From contig CBDCJO010000002.1 in NCBI GenBank assembly GCA_965217865.1, positions 1,824,001 to 1,888,000 of the forward strand: a DNA stretch of 64,000 nt. Reading direction: 5' to 3'. The DNA comes from Candidatus Latescibacterota bacterium (GTDB lineage: Bacteria > Latescibacterota > UBA2968 > SICM01). Both the position numbers and the translations under genes were made by a program. The notes beneath the pieces were generated by a model. The model was not told the DNA's origin. It worked only from the letters and a program-made list of their open reading frames with translations, and ran no database searches. Position 1 is the stretch's first letter; each line of letters starts with the position of its first letter. This document shows, one piece after another, positions 53,201 to 61,593 of this stretch.

Positions 53201-53643
53201 GCTCGCCTGAAGAGGCTCAGGCGCTCAGTACTCTTGTGAAGGATATTCTGGAAAACGACGCCACCTGGGTTGATCGAGACGGCCAGGAACGACCCGTTGC
53301 GCTCGGCGATATCGTTATCATCACGCCCTACAACGCACAGGTCTTTGAGATTCAGCAACGCTTGCCGGGAGCGCGGGTTGGCACGGTGGACAAGTTTCAG
53401 GGCCAGGAAGCGCCGATTGCGATCTATTCGACGGCAACGTCAAGCTATGCGGACGCGCCGCGGGGGATGGGATTTCTATACAGCCTCAATCGACTTAACG
53501 TTGCGACGTCCCGGGCAAAATGCGTATCGATCATGGTCAGCTCCCCGCGAATCTTCGAATCGGAATGCCGCACGCCACGGCAAATGCAATTGGCAAATGC
53601 CTTCTGCCGCTATCTCGAAATGGCAGATCGGGTGCCCAATTAG
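50239..53643 (+). CDS. TM0106-like RecB nuclease / RNase H-like / SF1 (Dna2/Upf1-like) helicase fusion
   Basis: GRADIL...IDTKLA...QL..Y; CDICRW..C; FFDLEG...YNKDDC; QGPPGAGKT, DEAAQ, GDPQQL, FQGQE, NVATSRA. Confidence 0.9.
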   Translation: MKRIEDSLELSAIDLVGYLNCRHLSELDRAVAEGALAKPKVWNQPLLQILWEQGLVHEQNYVEHLTKDGVEFVRIEGIEVTDEAVSQTLAAMKRGARVIVQGALSHDSWVGRADILRRIEVPSAIGNWSYEVIDTKLARETKAGTVLQLCLYSDLLTEAQGLEPEYMYVVAPWSDFEPQQYRFADYAAYFRKVKHGLSAALAKRDTVGTYPDPIEHCDICRWRQTCEKRRHGDDHLCLVAGISKIQINELNQRGITTVRGLAGMPLPLDWKPDRGAAESYGRIREQARVQIEGREAGEGKFELFPVETGFGLTRLPEPSDGDIFFDLEGDPFVGEHGLEYLFGFLFIGETGQTVYRSEWAFSRVEEKQTFEDFVDFVMARWEQFPSMHIYHYAPYEPSALKRLMGRYATRGEEIDQMLRAGIFIDLYQVVRRGIRASVESYSLKQLESFYSFERETALADANAALANLQANLELNAIPSIADEIGATVVAYNKDDCRSAAGLRDWLETLRAQLVTDGVDVPRPELGDGAPSENVTDWLIRINALVEQLSTDVPVDPEERDEEQQARWILANILDWHRREEKSVWWEHFRLAELSEEDLRDERAGLSGLSFLRQAGGTARAPIHRYRFPPQETELRGGEDLRNLGGDKLGKVEAISFDDCTVDIKKRQDSVATHPQAVFALTYVNAQVLKDSLVRLGEYVAQHGLRGEGPNRVARDLLLKEAPRVGGQELHRDGETTVEAAIRLCGHLAYGVLAIQGPPGAGKTFTGGRMICELVRQGKTVGITANSHKVIHNLIDAAIEAAGEMDLDLQCCHKAAQVEQPQHRLSFARSNEDLFAALGTGVSVAGGTAWLWSRPEAFETVDVLFVDEAAQMSLANVLAVSQAAKAVVLIGDPQQLDQPIQGSHPDGTDVSALDHILAGEQTISPDKGLFLKETWRLHPDISAYTSELFYESKLSSKAGLEKQIIKAAGPISSSGLRYLPVEHDGNQNCSPEEAQALSTLVKDILENDATWVDRDGQERPVALGDIVIITPYNAQVFEIQQRLPGARVGTVDKFQGQEAPIAIYSTATSSYADAPRGMGFLYSLNRLNVATSRAKCVSIMVSSPRIFESECRTPRQMQLANAFCRYLEMADRVPN

Positions 53644-53987
53644 ATGACATCGCATACGCCTACCGACCTTGTCGGCAGGTTGATGGGCTCACAAGGCGGG
53701 CTGCTCGCCCTTACCAGCAGGCGGGTCCGCCTTGACCATCGCCTTAGCAACATCACGAATGCGGTCTCCTCGGGGCTTGCCGACATCCGCCACCGACAGC
53801 CGACGATAGTCCACCCCGGCCGGTCTGCTGAATAGCTCAATCTGACGTCGCCGGCGCCACGACTCCTCGACTTGGTGCGTGAACCCCATGGCGGCCCTTA
53901 CGAGCGGCGCGCCGTCAGCACCAGAGTGAACAGCGTCCGGCACGACGATCCGGACATTCTGGCTCCCCGGTCGGAGCTGGAGCTCTT

Positions 53988-54170
53988 TTGACCGAGAGGG
54001 CGGAAATCGGCGTTAATTGCCACCATCCATGTTTTCTCGATGGAGGGGGAAATCGGAGTCAAAAGCACTTCCCTCAGGCGAACCTTGGAGAACGATCTGT
54101 TGACCTTCGTAAGCCCACGCAAATCAACGGATTACGCATGTCCGTGGTAAGGGAGCGTGGATTGCGGGAA
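53988..54170. repeat. Internal copy of the element right end (terminal copy about 57518-57700)
   Basis: Shared GGAAATCGGCGTTAA, GGGGGAAATCGGAGTCAAAAGCACTTCCC, CGGATTACGCATGTCCG, GGAGCGTGGATTGCGGGAA. Confidence 0.88.
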
Positions 54171-54334
54171 TTTAAGGAGAAGTTCGATGAAAAGTTACTC
54201 GTGCATCGGGGTCAAATGCATTGCTGGTTTCGAGTACCAGGCCGAAACCCGGTCGACCGAGTGGATTTGAAGAGACGCTATGTGCGGGGAGGTTATAGGT
54301 TGGTTGAAGGACTTTGAATAAGGGGGAAACGGCC

Positions 54335-57238
54335 ATGACCCAGCCGCATGGGCGCAATTTGACCCCTAGGAGTTCTCTGCACGTTGGACGAACCGGCCTA
54401 GCCTCGTTTTTGTTCGCGCTCCTTCATCCTGGGGGCGCCAAAGCTGCGACGGTGAATGCGGACATCTTGACACTGACTCGCGCGACCGGATCGATGGAAA
54501 TCCCCTTTCGGGAGATTGAGACGGCTGAGGTAAGGGCCGGGTGGTTCTGGAGCGGTATGCGAGTCCGTTTCGCCTCCGGGGAAGTCACCGTATCGGGGCT
54601 GGCGAAGCCCAACGCACTGGCGTTCACCGATGCACTGGAGAGCGCGAGAGTCGGCTGGTGGCGAAGAACCCTGGTTGCACACATTGGAACGCTTCGATCC
54701 GTTCACGACCGCTTGGTGCAGCTTGCCGACCCGCCCAGGTACATGGCCCGCAGCGTCTTTTCCGACCTCGAGCGTGATGCCAAAGACGCGGTCGCCCAGT
54801 TCCCCTCTCGGTGGCCCGGCAAGCTATCTGGCACCGCACAAATCCGAATGCTAAAGGCGATACAGGATTTCTCGAAAGAAACAGAAGCTTACCGGGCGCG
54901 AGCCAACGACACCTTTGTGGGCAACGAGTTGGTCCGGTCTCGGGAATTCTTCGACAGGGTCGAGGCACGGCCGCTCACAGACGAGCAACGGAGAGCGGTC
55001 GTCGTCGATGAGGACCGCAACCTGGTCGTTGCGGCTGCGGGTAGCGGCAAGACATCTGTCATCGTGGCCAAGGCCGGCTGGCTCCTTCAGAAAGGTTACC
55101 GGCACCCGTCGGAACTGCTGCTGCTTGCGTTCGCCAAAGACGCCCAGAAGGAGATGGAGGAGAGGGTCTGCGGCCGGCTAGGCGATGAGGCGGTGGCCCA
55201 GCTAACCGTTCGGACGTTTCACAGCCTGGGCATGTCCATCATCGGCGCAGTGGAGGGTAAACGTCCAGCACTGGCCAAGGTCGCCGAGGACGACAAGTCT
55301 CTGTTCGACCTGCTTAAAAACATCATTGCCGACCTACTTGCCGATCCCAAATTCTCGAACGTCATGCTCAGATGGTTCGAGGAGCACTTCGTCCCCCACC
55401 GGAGCGAGCACGAGTTCCGAACCCAGGGCGAATATTGGGACTACGTCCGAGCAAACGAAATCCGGTCATTACAGGGCGAAAAGCTCAAGAGCTTTGAGGA
55501 ATGCGAAATCGCCAGTTTCCTGTATCTCAACGGTGTGCCCTACGAGTACGAACGCTCCTACGAGCACGAAACCGCGACGTCGGAGAGGCGGCAGTACCAG
55601 CCCGACTTCTACCTTCCGGACGCCGGGATTTACATCGAACATCTTGCACTGTCCGCGTCGGGCGATACGCCTCCTTTCATCGACCGCGAGGAATATCTCC
55701 GGTCAGTTGCCTGGAAGCGTCAGCTTCATTCCGAGCATGGAACCGTGCTCATCGAGACCTACAGTCACGAAAAGGCTGCCGGTAAGCTGATCGAGAAATT
55801 GGCGGCAAAACTGGCCGACCATGGTGTGACGCTATCTCCGATCCCTTCTGACGAAGTCTTTGCCGTCCTCGAACAGCAAGGTCGAATTGACCCGTTCACG
55901 CGCTTGGTTGCGACCTTTCTCCAACACTTTAAGGGAGCACAGCTCTCCGCCGAGGAAGTGGCCCGGCGAGCCGCGAACGCTCCCCGCCGCCCGCGGGCGG
56001 TGGCTTTCGTTGCGGTGTTTCGACCGATCTTCGAGCGCTACCAGGACTCGCTGGCCCGACTGCGGCAGATCGACTTCCACGACATGATCGGCAAAGCGAA
56101 GGAACACGTGGAGAGTGGACGCTACCGGAATCGGTTTGACTACATCCTTGTCGACGAGTTCCAAGACATCTCGCCAGGACGGGCGCGGCTGCTGAAGGCG
56201 TTGCTGGACACGTCCCAGACCGCCCAATTGTTCGCCGTCGGCGACGATTGGCAGGCAATCTACAGATTTGCCGGCTCGGACATCGCCATCATGCGCGAGT
56301 TCCGGGAACGCTTCGGGGAGAGCGAGCGTGTCAACCTTGAGACAACATTCCGGTGCGCCGATCGCATCGCCGCCGTAGCAACGAAATTCGTCTTAAGCAA
56401 CCCGGCGCAAATTCGCAAGAATGTCTCCTCCACGCGTCAGGCGAATGGACCTTGCGTGCATGTCGGCCTTCCCGGAGAGGAATGCCCCGATCTATTGAGG
56501 GAGGCCCTGGAAGCGATCGCCGTGGACGCGGCGAAGACCGACGGAACGCCGACTGTTCTGCTGATGGGCCGGTATAGGCACTCGCGACCGGAGAACATGG
56601 CTGAGCTGGCGAGGGAACATCCCGGTCTGAGTCTCTCCTACATGACCGTGCACCGCTCGAAAGGGCTTGAGGCTGACTACGCCGTAGTGATCGACTTGTG
56701 CTCCGGAAAGTACGGTTTTCCCGCCGAGATCGTCGATGACCCGCTGCTTGATCTGGTCCTCGCGGCGCCCGAAGGGCATCCGAACGCCGAGGAACGGCGT
56801 CTGCTCTATGTCGCCATTACACGAGCCCGTCGCCATGTCTTTCTTCTTGCTGATGGCGGCTCGCCATCCTCATTTATTTTGGAATTGATCAAGGACGGCT
56901 ATAACGTCACCGTATTCGGTGAGCCTCCGGATGACGACGTTGCTTGCCCAAAGTGTGTAGAAGGGCGACTAAAGCGAAGAGAAGGCTCCCGGGGCACGTT
57001 CTATGGATGTTCGCACTATCCATATTGCGAACACAGAGAGTCCGCTTGTCCCCATTGCGGAAGAGGATTACCGGTGAAAACCGACGTGGCCATCCGTTGC
57101 CGCGACTGTGGCGAGCTCCTCGAGGGATGCCCGAAGTGCAACGGATGGCTTCAGATTAGAAACAGTCCGTATGGGCATTTTGGGGGTTGTTCAAATTATC
57201 CCACTTGCGACTACACCAGAGATATCCGGCGGGGATGA
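54335..57238 (+). CDS. Helicase IV-like UvrD helicase with internal nuclease-like insert and C-terminal zinc ribbons
   Basis: AAAGSGKT, VDEFQD, GDDWQAIYRF, SKGLE, YVAITRAR; YQPDF...IYIEH insert; CPKC...GCS.YP.C repeats. Confidence 0.9.
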   Translation: MTQPHGRNLTPRSSLHVGRTGLASFLFALLHPGGAKAATVNADILTLTRATGSMEIPFREIETAEVRAGWFWSGMRVRFASGEVTVSGLAKPNALAFTDALESARVGWWRRTLVAHIGTLRSVHDRLVQLADPPRYMARSVFSDLERDAKDAVAQFPSRWPGKLSGTAQIRMLKAIQDFSKETEAYRARANDTFVGNELVRSREFFDRVEARPLTDEQRRAVVVDEDRNLVVAAAGSGKTSVIVAKAGWLLQKGYRHPSELLLLAFAKDAQKEMEERVCGRLGDEAVAQLTVRTFHSLGMSIIGAVEGKRPALAKVAEDDKSLFDLLKNIIADLLADPKFSNVMLRWFEEHFVPHRSEHEFRTQGEYWDYVRANEIRSLQGEKLKSFEECEIASFLYLNGVPYEYERSYEHETATSERRQYQPDFYLPDAGIYIEHLALSASGDTPPFIDREEYLRSVAWKRQLHSEHGTVLIETYSHEKAAGKLIEKLAAKLADHGVTLSPIPSDEVFAVLEQQGRIDPFTRLVATFLQHFKGAQLSAEEVARRAANAPRRPRAVAFVAVFRPIFERYQDSLARLRQIDFHDMIGKAKEHVESGRYRNRFDYILVDEFQDISPGRARLLKALLDTSQTAQLFAVGDDWQAIYRFAGSDIAIMREFRERFGESERVNLETTFRCADRIAAVATKFVLSNPAQIRKNVSSTRQANGPCVHVGLPGEECPDLLREALEAIAVDAAKTDGTPTVLLMGRYRHSRPENMAELAREHPGLSLSYMTVHRSKGLEADYAVVIDLCSGKYGFPAEIVDDPLLDLVLAAPEGHPNAEERRLLYVAITRARRHVFLLADGGSPSSFILELIKDGYNVTVFGEPPDDDVACPKCVEGRLKRREGSRGTFYGCSHYPYCEHRESACPHCGRGLPVKTDVAIRCRDCGELLEGCPKCNGWLQIRNSPYGHFGGCSNYPTCDYTRDIRRG

Positions 57239-58084
57239 GGACTCGCGATACTCCGCCCCTTAGCAACCAGGGCGAAATGGGTCGAACAGCATCTGACGGA
57301 CTCCCTGGCCTCGATGTCGAAGACGGAGCTCACTCAGTTATGAAAAGGGTTGCGCAAAGGGAGCTCCTGGTCGAGCCCCTTGGGGGTGGAAGGGCTGGCT
57401 CTGGGCATGGCGGATCAGGTATGCGCTTGTTGCAGCCATCGACGGATGCGGTGTTTGGGTGTGTCATGGGGGAATTCGCGCGCGATGTCAGGAGGTTCTG
57501 ATCGGAGAGGTGCTCTCTTGACCGGAGGGGCGGAAATCGGCGTTAACTGCGACCATTGACATTTTCTCGACCGAGGGGGAAATCGGAGTCAAAAGCACTT
57601 CCCTTAGGCGGACCTTGGAGAACGACCTGCTGACCTTCGTAAGCCTATTTAAATAAACGGATTACGCATGTCCGCGCCAATGGAGCGTGGATTGCGGGAA
57701 GGCTGCAAGCCCTCCACCATTCTTCAAGCCACAACTCGTCTCTCCGGGGTGGCCCCCGGAGAGACGCGCGCCCTATAACCTTTTATTTTCAAAGGGTTTT
57801 TGCGTTCCCCACATCATTCCCGCTTCATTTCCTTCCGGTCGAATTCGTCCTGTTTTCCGGCCTCTCATTCTCTGTTAGGCCCGTATTCTCCGTTCCTTCC
57901 GGACCTCGTCCGAAAGTCGTCCGATTGGGTTAATCCATTCAGTATCAACGGGTTGATCCGAAAGGGCCGTTTTCGGGGGTTGTGGCAACACGCCCTGTGC
58001 CCGGTCTTGAGCACCCGGGAGTTCGAACGGCTCGTCCGATGGCCGATTTCCCCCCTCTGGTCTGAATCCGGATTCCCGTACCTC

Positions 58085-58115
58085 CCGACAGTCGTGGCCC
58101 GCCTCCGGTAGGTAA
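58085..58115 (+). promoter_or_regulatory. Motif A, copy 2 left end
   Basis: Identical to 7428-7458. Confidence 0.65.
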
Positions 58116-58558
58116 CCAGCGACAGGGCCGGGGACGGCGCCCGGCCGCAGCGTCAGAAACCAGACAACGGACCGGCAGCGAGAGCTGAGGCGGTTGTGGG
58201 TGCCTGGGAACCCGCCTCCACGCCGTCCGGCGAGTTCCCAGGCATCCACACCGGCCCAACCGGCCCCCGAGCCGCCGGAGGTTACGATGTGGAACGCCGA
58301 TTTGGAGTTGGGAACCATCCGTCCCGACCTGCCTGAAGCAGGGGTCCGCCCCGAGCCCAAACCGCTTGCCCCGAAAGCGAATCTGGAAGCCATCGCCTCG
58401 ATTCTGGCCGTTGGTGTGCTCCGCCGGAGAGCTCGAAAGGGGGGCTTTCCGCGCGATATCCGGAGAAAGGCGAAGAATCTCTAAATATAAGTGGGAGAAT
58501 GACTTGACTTCTGGCGCCAACAGAGCGTTCGTGTCTGACAAACGCGTCCGGTACGTCA

Positions 58559-59089
58559 ATGAGGGGGTTGCCCGTGAATCAGTCCGGAAAGGGATCGCAA
58601 GAGAGCCGCAAGGGTTCCCGCGCTCGCCATTCCGTCCTGCGGCAGTTGGCGACGCTCGAGACGATGTCGCTGGAACAGCTGCACGAGAAGTGGCGCGATC
58701 TCTACGGCGGCGAGCCACCCCGCTACAGGAGACGGTTCCTCCTCAAGCGCCTGGCCTATCGCATCCAGGAACTGTTCTACGGCGGCCTGTCGGAGGCCGC
58801 CAAGGCGCATTTGCGGCAAGCCGCCCAGGGCGACCCGGTGGCCCGGGTGGACCGCCGGATCTCCGGCAATCCCCAGAACAAGGCGGACATCCTGCCGGGC
58901 ACCCGGTTCGTCAGGATATGGAAGGACCGACGCTATGAGGTCCTCGCCCACGAGAACGGCTTCGAGTACGACGGCCGGATCTTCCGGTCCTTGAGCGCCG
59001 TGTCTCGAGAGATTACCGGCACCCGGTGGAACGGCAGGCTCTTCTTCGGGCTGAAGAAGGGCGACGATGCAGGTGGCCGGCATGCCTGA
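58559..59089 (+). CDS. DUF2924-like protein (copy 2)
   Basis: Near-identical to 7903-8433. Confidence 0.85.
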   Translation: MRGLPVNQSGKGSQESRKGSRARHSVLRQLATLETMSLEQLHEKWRDLYGGEPPRYRRRFLLKRLAYRIQELFYGGLSEAAKAHLRQAAQGDPVARVDRRISGNPQNKADILPGTRFVRIWKDRRYEVLAHENGFEYDGRIFRSLSAVSREITGTRWNGRLFFGLKKGDDAGGRHA

Positions 59090-60668
59090 TACGGGCACGA
59101 ACAACCCCACGGAGAAGAAGCTCATCAACTGCGCCATCTACACCCGCAAGAGTCACGAGGAAGGCCTGGAACAGGAATTCAACTCGCTGGACGCCCAGCG
59201 GGAGGCGGCCGAGGCCTACGTCGAAAGCCAGCGCATGCAGAGCTGGCGCGCGCTGCCGGACCGCTACGACGACGGCGGCTTCTCCGGCGGCGACATGGAG
59301 CGCCCCGGACTGCAGCGTCTGCTGGCCGACGTGGATGCGGGGAAGGTGGACGTGATCGTGGTGTACAAGATCGACCGCCTTTCGCGGTCTTTGCTGGACT
59401 TCATGAAGATGATCGAGCGGTTCAACCAGCAGGGCGTGAGCTTCGTCTCGGTCACCCAGCACTTCAACACCACCGACCCGGCCGGGCGCATGTTCCTGGG
59501 TATTCTGATCACCTTCGCCCAATACGAGCGGGAGGTCATCGCCGAGCGCATCCGGGACAAGGTGGCGGCGGCCAAGCGGCGGGGCAAGTACTGCGGGGGC
59601 CCGGCCATCCTCGGCTACGACGTGGACCGGAAGCGAAAGAAGCTGCTCGTCAATCCGGAGGAAGCCCCGCTGGTCAAGCACATCTTTCAGCGCTTCACCC
59701 ATCTGGGCTCGGCCAAAGCGCTGGCCGCGGAGCTCAACGAGCAGGGATACCGGACCAAGTCCTGGACCACGAAGAAGGGAAAACACCGGCCGGGGAGCCC
59801 CTGGAACACCGGCCACATCTACCGCTTGCTGGGCAACCGCACCTGCATGGGCGAGGTGGTCCACAAGGGGAAGGCCTATCCCGGAGAGCATGAGGCCATC
59901 GTTTCCAAGGGACTGTGGGAGCGGGTCCAGGAGGTTCTCTCGGAGAACACCCGGGCCAGGCAGACGAAGGCCCGAACGAAGATCATCTCTCCGCTCCAGG
60001 GGGTGGTTCGCTGCGGCCACTGTGACGGCGCGATGGGCTTGACCTACACGCAAAAAGGACCGCGGCGCTACACCTATTACCACTGCGCGAAGGACGCCAA
60101 GCGAGCGGTCAGCCGCTGCCGGCTCAAGCGCGTCCCGGCCGGGGACATCGAGAAGGCGGTGCTGGAGCAGCTGAGCGCGGTCTTTCGAACACCGACGCTG
60201 GTGTCCCGGACGTACTTCGCCGCCAAAGGGATGGAAGAAGCCGAACGGGAGCGGCTGCTGAAGCGGAAAGAGCGACTGGAGGACGATCTCCTGAAGGTCC
60301 GCGAGCGGGCGCTCGAGGAGGTAACGCCCGACGGCAACGGGTCGGACCCCGGACCGGCATTGGTCGAGCTCAACCAGGAGGCGGTGACCCTGAGCCGCAA
60401 GCTGACGGATGTCTCGGCCAGGACCCGGGCGTTCGAGGCAGACCCCGTAGCGGAACGGGAGGTCTCGGAAGCCTTCCAGAGCGTGGAGACCTTTTGGGGG
60501 GACCTGTTTCCCCTGGAACGCAACCGGCTGATCCGGCTGCTGGTCGAGAAAGTGGAAATCCGGGAGACCGGCATCGACATGGAATTGAAGACCCGGGGCT
60601 TGACCAGTCTCATCATCGAGCTGAGCGGCCTGGCGACCGAGGCCAGGGAACGGAGCAACGGCCGATGA
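59082..60668 (+). CDS. Large serine recombinase (copy 2)
   Basis: Near-identical to 8426-10012, intact. Confidence 0.95.
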   Translation: MPDTGTNNPTEKKLINCAIYTRKSHEEGLEQEFNSLDAQREAAEAYVESQRMQSWRALPDRYDDGGFSGGDMERPGLQRLLADVDAGKVDVIVVYKIDRLSRSLLDFMKMIERFNQQGVSFVSVTQHFNTTDPAGRMFLGILITFAQYEREVIAERIRDKVAAAKRRGKYCGGPAILGYDVDRKRKKLLVNPEEAPLVKHIFQRFTHLGSAKALAAELNEQGYRTKSWTTKKGKHRPGSPWNTGHIYRLLGNRTCMGEVVHKGKAYPGEHEAIVSKGLWERVQEVLSENTRARQTKARTKIISPLQGVVRCGHCDGAMGLTYTQKGPRRYTYYHCAKDAKRAVSRCRLKRVPAGDIEKAVLEQLSAVFRTPTLVSRTYFAAKGMEEAERERLLKRKERLEDDLLKVRERALEEVTPDGNGSDPGPALVELNQEAVTLSRKLTDVSARTRAFEADPVAEREVSEAFQSVETFWGDLFPLERNRLIRLLVEKVEIRETGIDMELKTRGLTSLIIELSGLATEARERSNGR

Positions 60669-61087
60669 CTCCACAGCCGACCCTCATGCTGACCGGGACC
60701 GGCAATCTGCAGATCCATATTCCGATGCACATCCGGCGGATGCGGGGCCGGAAGATGATTTTCGCCCCCCAGGCACTGGATGGCGACGTTCCGGATGGCC
60801 CAGCGGAGATACAGACGGCCCTCGTTCAAGCCCTGGGCCGGGCGTTTTCCTGGGCGGACGCGATTGAGAGCGGGGAGTTTCGCTCCATTTCGGATCTGGC
60901 GAGAAACCTGGACGTGGACAACTCCTACGTGGTGCGCATCCTGAAGCTGACCACGCTGGCCCCGGACATCATCGAAGCTATCCTCAACGGCGAGGAACCG
61001 TCCGGCCTGTCGCTGGCCCAACTGATCCGCACCTTCCCCATGGACTGGGAGCAGCAGAGAGCCCTGTTCGGATTCCCATCGGGCTGA
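60665..61087 (+). CDS. Recombinase-associated HTH-like protein (copy 2)
   Basis: Near-identical to 10009-10431. Confidence 0.75.
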   Translation: MTPQPTLMLTGTGNLQIHIPMHIRRMRGRKMIFAPQALDGDVPDGPAEIQTALVQALGRAFSWADAIESGEFRSISDLARNLDVDNSYVVRILKLTTLAPDIIEAILNGEEPSGLSLAQLIRTFPMDWEQQRALFGFPSG

Positions 61088-61127
61088 GCCGCCTTCCCGG
61101 TCGCGGCTGGTCGACGTCCCATTCTGA

Positions 61128-61593
61128 GCCGGATCGAGTCACGGTCGTCGTCGACACGCGGGAGCAGGAGCCGTACCACTTCGACACGCTAGGCGTGACG
61201 ACCACGCGCCGGGCGCTGCCCGCCGGGGACTACTCCCTCGAAGGATGGGAGGACCAGGTGGCGGTGGAGCGCAAGACGCTCGAGGACCTCGTCGCCACCG
61301 TCATTCGCTCCCGGAAGCGGTTCCGCAAGGAGCTCGAGCGGCTGGCGGGCTTTGAGGCCGCCTGTATCGTGGTCGAGGCCAACCTGAGCGACATCCTCAC
61401 CCGAGACTATCGCTCCGGGGCGCATCCCCACGCCGTACTCGGCGCCGTCTTGTCCATCGTCGTCGACTTCCGTCTCCCGGTCTTCTTCTGCTCCGACCGG
61501 CAGGCCGCCTGCCGCTTCGTCGAGGGCTACTTGCGCAGAGCCCACCGGAAGGCATCGACACGATGGGAACAACCGCCCAAAGCACACCAGTAA
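61128..61593 (+). CDS. ERCC4-domain nuclease (start uncertain)
   Basis: VVVDTREQ.PY, GDYS, VERKTLEDL motifs; the frame is open upstream of GTG 61195 with no ATG. Confidence 0.8.

Larger units (their letters stand above)
7053..57710. mobile_element. Integrative element / defence island 1 inserted at the ssrA 3' end
   Basis: CCTCCACCATTCTTCAAG at 7053 recurs at 57711; serine recombinase near the left end; visible GC shift; defence cargo. Confidence 0.88.
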
